Shown here one piece after another: positions 1 to 6,172 of a DNA stretch of 10,856 nt (positions are counted from its first letter, which is position 1; each line of letters begins with the position of its first letter). This DNA is from Myxococcota bacterium. GTDB lineage: Bacteria > Myxococcota > UBA4151. Location of the stretch: positions 1 through 10,856 of the forward strand of contig JAYZBQ010000044.1 of NCBI GenBank assembly GCA_036338695.1, in the 5' to 3' direction. Position numbers and translations under genes: made by a program. A model generated the notes under the pieces. It was given only the letters and a program-made list of their open reading frames with translations, was not told the origin of the DNA and made no database searches.

Positions 1-60
1 CTTTTCGCCATCTGGGTTTATGCAGGCGTCCGCCGGGCTCGCCTGCAGGAGGCCACATGA
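1..60 (+). CDS. 3' end of an upstream gene (partial) with a C-terminal hydrophobic segment and basic tail
   Basis: Frame 1 is open from base 1 and reads LFAIWVYAGVRRARLQEAT*. Its TGA (58-60) overlaps the next ATG (57-59) as ATGA, the classic coupling arrangement. Only 19 codons are visible. Confidence 0.6.
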   Translation, partial: LFAIWVYAGVRRARLQEAT

Positions 61-623
61 TCGCGGGGGTCATCGCTAGTCTATGCGTCGCAGCGCTCGT
101 CTTGATGGCGCTCCGAGCGGTCCGTGCGCTGTGGGAAGACCAGTACCGCGCCGAGGCGCAAACGTCCTTTCGTCGCACCGCGTGGGTGCCGATGCTCATG
201 CTGCTCGGGATCGCCGGCGCAGCGTTAGGCTACTATGGCTGGCGAGCCGTCCAGGTGCACGCACCGACCGACCATCCTGCGCTCGAGGTCAAGGCGACCT
301 GCCAGGACGGGGTCTGGTCCTTTGCCGCCCAAGGCGGTGTCCGGGGCGCCACGCGGGACCTGCGCTTGAGGGGGGGGCGAGATGTGGCGCTTCGCCTGCA
401 AGCGGGCGCACACCCGACAGAGTTCTTCGTTCCAGGGCTCGGGTTGAAGCGACGACTCGGGGCGAATGAGCGCGCCGAGTTGACCTTTAGGCCCCCGGCA
501 CCGACTCGAGCTGATGCTGCTGCGCTTTATCGCTCCGTCTGCCTCCACAACTGCCGAGGTGAGCACGCCGTGCGCCCCTTTGTCGTCGTCGTTGAAGCCC
601 CTCGGGGGATCTTGGCGTTCTGA
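57..623 (+). CDS. Cytochrome c oxidase subunit II-like membrane-anchored cupredoxin with a divergent CuA motif
   Basis: SD GGAGG lies just upstream. Two N-terminal hydrophobic helices are followed by segments collinear with CoxII: ALEVKATCQDGVWSF (~IeVtGqQWxWxF), VALRLQAGAHPTEFFVPGLGLK (~V.l.ltSxDVIHSFwVPxlgvK) and YRSVCLHNCRGEHAVRPFVVVVE (~YxGxCxExCGxxHxxMpxxvxVv). Confidence 0.75.
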   Translation: MIAGVIASLCVAALVLMALRAVRALWEDQYRAEAQTSFRRTAWVPMLMLLGIAGAALGYYGWRAVQVHAPTDHPALEVKATCQDGVWSFAAQGGVRGATRDLRLRGGRDVALRLQAGAHPTEFFVPGLGLKRRLGANERAELTFRPPAPTRADAAALYRSVCLHNCRGEHAVRPFVVVVEAPRGILAF

Positions 624-653
624 TTTTTTGCGTCGGGCTGGGTTCCTAACGCA

Positions 654-678
654 CATTGGGGGAGGAGAACCTCCAATG
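654..678 (+). promoter_or_regulatory. Stem-loop covering the RBS and start codon of the 676 ORF
   Basis: CATTGGGGG (654-662) pairs with CCTCCAATG (670-678) with one G-U pair. Alternatively, GGAGG (661-665) pairs with CCTCC (670-674). Confidence 0.35.
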
Positions 679-1428
679 ACCGCAACGCACGTCCACGCTT
701 TGATGCTCCGCTGCGCCTTGCCGCTTGCCCTGTTGTGTGCGCCCCTCGACGTCGCGCTCGCCGAGTCGAAGCCCGGTCACACCCAGCGCAAGCGCGCCAA
801 GAAGAAGCGGGTGATCAAACCCGAGACGCGTCATGACCCGACAGCGCTTGACCGACGCTTGTTGCCGGCGCCGATGTTTGGGCCGGTCGAGGCGCCCGTC
901 GGCGGACTGGTCGTCGAAGAGGCGCACTGGAACCCCTTCAAACCGGACGCAGCGAAGCACTTCACGATTAACGGGGGACGCAACGCAGGCCTACGCGCCG
1001 GTGATCGACTGATGGTCTGGCGCGGGGCTGCCCAGACCATCGTCGCTGAGGTCGAGGTGGTCAGCCTGCGCGACGAGCAAGCTCACGTACGGGTTGTTCG
1101 ACAACCGGATCCTGCCAAGATACTCCCGCTCGATGTTGAGGCGGTGCTCACGGGCGATCGCCTGAGCCTGCTGATGCGTGCGCCTGAGTCCATTTGGCCG
1201 GTCAAAGCCAAGAAGAAGCGTCGTGTGCGCCGCATCGTCCACAAAAAAAGCCAGCCGAGTAACGCGCAGATCGCCGCCGAGGCGGCGCCGCTTCCCCCAG
1301 GTAAAGACACGATCATAATCGGCGGTCGCGAGCTGCCAAAAGCCGGTGACTCCGGTGTTCGCTTGACGCCCGCTCAGCTGCCGGAGGTGTCCTCCGAAGG
1401 GGGCGGAAAGCCAGCTCCTCAACCCTGA
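676..1428 (+). CDS. Secreted hypothetical protein with a FlgT C-terminal-like beta domain flanked by Lys/Arg-rich patches (250 aa)
   Basis: GGAGGAG at 661-667 precedes ATG 676, so this start is preferred over 514, which overlaps the previous gene. The N-terminus is signal-peptide-like and ends in ALA|E. The motif FTINGGRNAGLRAGDRLMVWR...VAEVEVV resembles the 'id.G...Gl..Gd.l.V.r' pattern of FlgT_C-type domains. The tail is Pro-rich and low complexity. Confidence 0.7.
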   Translation: MTATHVHALMLRCALPLALLCAPLDVALAESKPGHTQRKRAKKKRVIKPETRHDPTALDRRLLPAPMFGPVEAPVGGLVVEEAHWNPFKPDAAKHFTINGGRNAGLRAGDRLMVWRGAAQTIVAEVEVVSLRDEQAHVRVVRQPDPAKILPLDVEAVLTGDRLSLLMRAPESIWPVKAKKKRRVRRIVHKKSQPSNAQIAAEAAPLPPGKDTIIIGGRELPKAGDSGVRLTPAQLPEVSSEGGGKPAPQP

Positions 1429-1443
1429 CTTCGCTTTCAATTG

Positions 1444-1470
1444 CGCTGAGAGTTCCCTAAGGGCTCAGCG
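1444..1470 (+). other. Inverted repeat/hairpin immediately 5' of the map RBS
   Basis: CGCTGAG (1444-1450) and CTCAGCG (1464-1470) form a perfect 7-bp inverted repeat, with an inner CCC-TAA-GGG. No U tract follows. SD GGAGG is at 1471-1475. Confidence 0.35.
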
Positions 1471-1480
1471 GGAGGGGCTG

Positions 1481-2341
1481 ATGCTACGACGAGGACACCG
1501 ACTGCCGAGACGATCTGAATCAGAGATCGAACAGTTGCGCGCTGCCGGGCGTCTTGCCGCGCAGACGCTCGAATACATCGAGCCGCACGTTCAGCCCGGT
1601 GTCTCGACCTATGAGCTCGACAGGCTGTGTTTTGAGTACATCACAGACCACGGCGCCTACCCAAGCCCACTGAATTACCCAGGACCACCCCTCGATCTAT
1701 CCAAACCGTTGCGGTTCTCGAAAGGGGGCTTCCCGGGCTCGATCTGCACGAGCCTCAACGAGGTGGTCTGCCACGGTATCCCGAGCCGTGATCAGGTCCT
1801 GAAAGAGGGCGACATCATCAACGTCGACGTCACCGTGACCCTCGATGGATGGTTCGGTGACACCTCCAAGACCTTCGTGATGCCGGGCGCTTCGGACGCC
1901 GTACGTGCCTTGGTTCAGCGCACGCAGGAGTGCCTGTACCTGGGGATCCGAGCGATCAGTGACCCGAGCGCCTACCGGCGGTTGAATCAGATCGGCGCAG
2001 CGATTCACGACCACGCAGACCGCTTTGGCTACGGCGTGGTGCGGAATTTTGTGGGGCATGGCATCGGCGACGTCTTTCACTGCGAGCCCAACGTGGTCCA
2101 TTACCGGACCGCCAGCGGGGGCCCTGCGCTCAAGCCAGGGCACGTCTTCACGATCGAACCCATGATCAACCTAGGGACACACCATAACGACATGCTGGAT
2201 GATGGCTGGACCGCCGTCACCAGCGATGGCAAGCCCTCCGCGCAGTTTGAGCACACGATGGTCGTCACCGACCAAGGCGTCGAGGTGCTCACGGCGCGCC
2301 AGGAAGAGGCTGATCTACCGTGGCTGAACGCCGAGCTCTAG
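1481..2341 (+). CDS. map: Type I methionine aminopeptidase (M24A)
   Basis: Motifs SICTSLNEVVCHGIP, GDIINVDVT, GWFGDTS, VGHGIG..FH, FTIEPMIN and DGWTAVTSDGKPSAQFEHT. All five metal ligands (D, D, H, E, E) are present. SD GGAGG at 1471-1475. Confidence 0.97.
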   Translation: MLRRGHRLPRRSESEIEQLRAAGRLAAQTLEYIEPHVQPGVSTYELDRLCFEYITDHGAYPSPLNYPGPPLDLSKPLRFSKGGFPGSICTSLNEVVCHGIPSRDQVLKEGDIINVDVTVTLDGWFGDTSKTFVMPGASDAVRALVQRTQECLYLGIRAISDPSAYRRLNQIGAAIHDHADRFGYGVVRNFVGHGIGDVFHCEPNVVHYRTASGGPALKPGHVFTIEPMINLGTHHNDMLDDGWTAVTSDGKPSAQFEHTMVVTDQGVEVLTARQEEADLPWLNAEL

Positions 2342-2348
2342 CGCTCGC

Positions 2349-4712
2349 TCAGTCGGCGTAGCGCCACTCGGCGTCGAAGTGACCGGTCATCAGCGCCTGA
2401 CCGGTCGTCCAGGACAAGTAGTCGGGCATTCCGGAGCGAGAGCTAAACGGCGCCGTCCCTTCCAGAAGGTCCTCGTGTCCTGGGGTCGTGACCAACATAG
2501 CGCCTAAGCCGTCGTCGATCGGTGCGATGAACTGCAAGCCCGCCTTGGGTTGATCCTGGCCGTCGATGACGACGCCGTCGTCGTCCCAGGAGACCGGAAA
2601 GCCCTCGGGGCGCTCGAGGTCATCCATGGTTCCACCGATAAAGACGGGGTTGCGCGCGCCGCGCGCAGCCTTGGCTGCAAGCGGTAGCCCGCAGGCGCTG
2701 CCGTTTCCTTGCAGCGCCCAGTGCGAGCTCAGGTAGGCTGCGTGAGACGCGTAACCTCTCACCGACGCATCGTAGATCAAGCAAAATGGCTTGTGGAAGA
2801 CTTGGTTGAACGGACCGTGACGCTCGGCTCGCTTACCCGTTTCCGGTCCCAGCCAGAGCTCATCGGCGTCCAGGCTGACCGCCTCACCGTCAACCACAAG
2901 CTCGCTCACTCCCATCTCTCGTAACGCCCTCGTGTTTAGTCGCATCGAACGCGTGTTCGTGGTGGTGAGCGTGACTCGGCCGCCCTCCTGCACCGACTCC
3001 AGCTCGAGGTCGGCGTCGGCTGTGCGCGCAGACTCGAGGTGCACGTAGCTGTGCGATGACGCATAGCCAGGGCGGGGGGAGCGGTAGCGAAAGTCGGTCT
3101 CAAAGGGGTCGAGGCGTCGCTCTTGCATAAACTCGAACAGCTCCGGCCAGTCCACGCAGTCAGCGCCTTCTGCACGGTCACCGTTCCACCAGTGTCCGGC
3201 GCCTTCTTGCTCATGCATCTGCACGTCGTTGGTGACCTCCGAGACCAGCTCAAACATCGTCCGCCCCTCGCTCAAAGGGACATTGTCGTCAGCCGTGCCG
3301 TGGATAATGTACACGCCGCGTTTCGCTAAGTTGGAGAGATAGTTTGCGGTGTCGGAGTGCGCTCGCGCCCTGGCGAACGCGCCGCTGGGGCGCTGGCTGC
3401 CGCCATAGGTGTAAAAGCTCTGCCAGCCAGCGCTTGGCCCGAGCGTTGCAAAGCGCCCCGGGCTCATCACGCCGTTATGCCAGGTTCCGTGACCGCCCAT
3501 CGAGTGACCCGTCAGGTGCATCTTCGTGGGGTCGGTTCGAAAGCGTTTCACTGCGTTATCGAGTGACGCCAGCGCGTTGAGGCGACCCCACTCCTCCCAG
3601 TCAAAGCCAAAAGGGCGGCGGTTCGTGGGCGCGATGATGTAGGCCCAGTCTTTGTCCGAATAGGCTCGGACCTGACCGAAGCCCTCAACCGACGCGCCGT
3701 GAAGGCTGAGCACCAGCCCGTAGTCGGTGCTCGGGTCAAAGGGCTCGGGCCTGCGCACGCCGTAGTACTGGACCGAGCCATCGATCGGCGAGCGAAAGGT
3801 CATGCGATAGGGCTCATCCGGGCTGGTCTTCGCCATCGTCAACTCCACCTCGTAGCTGAACTCGAGGCTCGGTGACTCGACCCGCAGTGTGGCGGTGATC
3901 TCTTCTTCGGTGTCCGTCCACGCCGCCTTGGGTTGGAGCAAGAAGGGGACCTGCGTGACCGCGCCCCCGACGACGCCCTCAAAGGGTGTCGATGTAGCTC
4001 TAAAATGATTATTTTCTAATACTTTGAGCGATAGACCCTGAAGTGGTGCTTCGAGTAAGTTGAGCAGGGGAACACCGAGCCAGCGAGCGCCTGCGTCACC
4101 GATCAGCCAGTGCGCCCAGGTGCGATCGCTCAGGTTGAGATGGATCTCGTGGGGCGTTGAGAAAACTTGCACCTTCGGCTTGCCGCGGCGCCCGAAGGTG
4201 CGGACCCCGAGCAAGCCGGTACGCACAGCGCCAGCCAGGGGCACCAGTCGGTTGCCACGCCCGTAGACGTCGCCCGGCTGCGCGATCCCACCTGAGCCAA
4301 AGTTAAAGACGCGATCACCGAGCGCGTAGAGTCGATGGCCCTCAGGGACCTCCAGCTGAGTGACCCCATAGATCCAGCCGTTGTATTGGCGAGCGAAGGA
4401 GCCGTCTTCTTCCTCCGGTTGGGTCAACCACTCAAGGTTCACGCCCTCATCGAGCCCTTGGGAGGGAAAGGTCTCCGGTCCGCGAAACATACGTCGATCC
4501 ATACGGGCGTTGCGCTGGGTGGTGTACGCGATTCGCCAGGCAAGCTCGAGCCGGTTGGGTTCAAAGGGCTCTGCGGTGGGGCCTGGTACCCACACCGTAG
4601 GCCCTGCGTCCGCCGTGGGGCTGGGCTCCGGCTCGTCGGCGCTCGGGCACCCTGCGCCGGCCACCGAAATGAAAATTAGCGCAAAGGCTCTGGGTCGCCA
4701 GCTTGTGTCCAT
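2349..4712 (-). CDS. Large putative lipoprotein alpha/beta serine hydrolase (S9 peptidase-like/esterase)
   Basis: A hydrophobic signal ends in AGAG-C22 and is followed by a Pro/acidic linker. It contains LSLHGA (oxyanion region), the nucleophile elbow GHSMGG (Ser404), HGTADDNV (Asp475) and GAGHWW (His507). Confidence 0.85.
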   Translation of the reverse strand: MDTSWRPRAFALIFISVAGAGCPSADEPEPSPTADAGPTVWVPGPTAEPFEPNRLELAWRIAYTTQRNARMDRRMFRGPETFPSQGLDEGVNLEWLTQPEEEDGSFARQYNGWIYGVTQLEVPEGHRLYALGDRVFNFGSGGIAQPGDVYGRGNRLVPLAGAVRTGLLGVRTFGRRGKPKVQVFSTPHEIHLNLSDRTWAHWLIGDAGARWLGVPLLNLLEAPLQGLSLKVLENNHFRATSTPFEGVVGGAVTQVPFLLQPKAAWTDTEEEITATLRVESPSLEFSYEVELTMAKTSPDEPYRMTFRSPIDGSVQYYGVRRPEPFDPSTDYGLVLSLHGASVEGFGQVRAYSDKDWAYIIAPTNRRPFGFDWEEWGRLNALASLDNAVKRFRTDPTKMHLTGHSMGGHGTWHNGVMSPGRFATLGPSAGWQSFYTYGGSQRPSGAFARARAHSDTANYLSNLAKRGVYIIHGTADDNVPLSEGRTMFELVSEVTNDVQMHEQEGAGHWWNGDRAEGADCVDWPELFEFMQERRLDPFETDFRYRSPRPGYASSHSYVHLESARTADADLELESVQEGGRVTLTTTNTRSMRLNTRALREMGVSELVVDGEAVSLDADELWLGPETGKRAERHGPFNQVFHKPFCLIYDASVRGYASHAAYLSSHWALQGNGSACGLPLAAKAARGARNPVFIGGTMDDLERPEGFPVSWDDDGVVIDGQDQPKAGLQFIAPIDDGLGAMLVTTPGHEDLLEGTAPFSSRSGMPDYLSWTTGQALMTGHFDAEWRYAD

Positions 4713-5404
4713 CGGTCACCCTCTCCACCGCGTGTCAGCAGCTGATGAGGACCAAATGCTGCTTTGTAGCGCAAGGCTTTGCAGTCCTCGTTGTAGAAAC
4801 CGAGGTAGTGGTAGCGGAGTCCGTTGCTCTTGAGCCACTCGAGCTCGGTGAGCATGGAGAAGACGCCGAGTGAGCGCTTCGCCTGCTCGGGGTCAAAGTA
4901 AAAGTAGACGCTTGAGGCGTCCTGCTCGCCGCGGTCCACTAAGCCGACGCCGACGATTTGCTCATCGAGTCGATAGCGAAATTCAAGCGTCTGAATCCCG
5001 GACTGCAACAACCAGCGATCGTAAAGCGCTTCGGTGATGCGCTCCTGGTCCGTGTTGAGCCCGCGCTCGAACAAGTGCTTGTTGTAGAGCGCCACGTGCT
5101 CAGCCGACGTGCGCGGGCTGTCGACCTCGACGATCAGGTCTTGATTCGCTCGCCAGACGCGCCGCTGTGAACGCGATCGAGCAAAGGTAGCCAGGTCGAT
5201 ACGCAGCGGCTGGCATCGGTCACACGTTGGGCAGGCGGTTTGGTAAAAGAGCCACCCCGAGCGTCTCGCTCCTTGCGCGTGCAGCGTGTCGACCTCGAGC
5301 GGGGTCATCCGCTGTGTCGGGATCATGATCTCGTAACGCGAGGGGGTACCAGGGCGGTAGACGCAGGGCTCGATCTGCCCTGATCGTGTCAGCCAATGCC
5401 CCAT
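4676..5404 (-). CDS. bpt: Arginyltransferase-family (ATE_N/ATE_C) aminoacyl-tRNA-protein transferase; bacterial Asp/Glu leucyltransferase Bpt-like
   Basis: Motifs CVY, GARRSGWLFYQTACPTCDRCQPLRI, SRSQRRVW, SSVYFYFDP...RSLGVFSMLTE and YHYLGFY...LRYK. SD AGGAGG at 5413-5418 (minus strand) is 8 nt from the ATG. Confidence 0.92.
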   Translation of the reverse strand: MGHWLTRSGQIEPCVYRPGTPSRYEIMIPTQRMTPLEVDTLHAQGARRSGWLFYQTACPTCDRCQPLRIDLATFARSRSQRRVWRANQDLIVEVDSPRTSAEHVALYNKHLFERGLNTDQERITEALYDRWLLQSGIQTLEFRYRLDEQIVGVGLVDRGEQDASSVYFYFDPEQAKRSLGVFSMLTELEWLKSNGLRYHYLGFYNEDCKALRYKAAFGPHQLLTRGGEGDRWTQAGDPEPLR

Positions 5405-5466
5405 CGATCATGCCTCCTAGCGTGTCACCCTAACCAAACTCCGTGACGATTCGAAGGCGGCGCCGG

Positions 5467-6102
5467 TCATTTTTTCATCGAGACCAGGAGCCCATCTCGG
5501 AGCGTCATCATGACGCTCTCGCTGCGCCGATCGCTGCGCACGTGCTCTGCGTAGGCGACCAGGGCGTGGTCGCTCGGCTCGGAGGGCTCGAGCACCCGCC
5601 CGCTCCAAAGCACATTGTCGGCGACGATGAGCCCGCCGGGGCGGAGCCGCTCCATGATCAACTCGTAGTAGGCGATGTAGCCTGCCTTGTCGGCGTCGAT
5701 GAACGCAAAGTCGATGGGCTCATCGATCGCTTTGAGCGAGTCGGCTGCCGGGCCGAGACGGAGCTCAATACGCTCACCGGGTTCAGCCTCGCACCAGTGG
5801 CGTCGGGCGATGGCGGCGCTGTGCTCGTTGATGTCTAGGGTGACCAGCTTGCCGCCCTCAGCGAGCCCGCCTGCGATCCAGAGCGAGGCGTAGCCGGTAA
5901 AGGTGCCGACCTCGACGGCGAGCCGGCATTGAGTCAAGCGGCACAGCATCCGCAGCGTCTGCCCGACCAACGGACCGCTCAGCATCTGCGGGAGGTCCGT
6001 CTCGGCGTAGGTCGCCTCGCGCAGCGCCACCATGGTGGGGGTCTCGAGCTCGGTGTATCGCCGGGAATAGTGCTCAATGGCTTCGGGTACTAAGGTCAAC
6101 AT
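5467..6102 (-). CDS. Cation-dependent SAM O-methyltransferase (caffeoyl-CoA/catechol OMT family, Methyltransf_3)
   Basis: Motifs PQMLSGP, EVGTFTGYA (SAM binding), FAFIDADK..Y..YYE, LRPGGLIVADNVLWSG (metal-binding D/D/N) and LRDGLLV. Confidence 0.93.
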   Translation of the reverse strand: MLTLVPEAIEHYSRRYTELETPTMVALREATYAETDLPQMLSGPLVGQTLRMLCRLTQCRLAVEVGTFTGYASLWIAGGLAEGGKLVTLDINEHSAAIARRHWCEAEPGERIELRLGPAADSLKAIDEPIDFAFIDADKAGYIAYYELIMERLRPGGLIVADNVLWSGRVLEPSEPSDHALVAYAEHVRSDRRSESVMMTLRDGLLVSMKK

Positions 6103-6121
6103 GGATCCGTCCGATTTGGGT

Positions 6122-6152
6122 TTGTCTCGCAGGGCGTATGTGATCTACGCTC
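6122..6152 (+). promoter_or_regulatory. Candidate sigma70-type promoter with an overlapping dyad, in the divergent intergenic region
   Basis: TTGTCT (6122-6127), an 18-bp spacer, then TACGCT (6146-6151). The inverted repeat GCGTA-N7-TACGC spans 6134-6150. Confidence 0.3.
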
Positions 6153-6172
6153 CAGGCAGGGAGGAGGCGCTC

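Noticed and set aside
624..653. T6 run plus hairpin as an intrinsic terminator
   Set aside because: The T run precedes the hairpin on the + strand, so the geometry is wrong on both strands.
514..675. Longer N-terminus for the ORF ending at 1428
   Set aside because: It overlaps the CoxB-like gene by 110 bp, while ATG 676 has an SD and gives a signal peptide.
4001..4019. Fur box
   Set aside because: It matches only about 10 of 19 positions of GATAATGATAATCATTATC and is intragenic. It is kept only as an AT-rich anomaly.
6077..6172. Upstream start for the permease
   Set aside because: It overlaps the divergent OMT start, and ATG 6173 has a strong SD.
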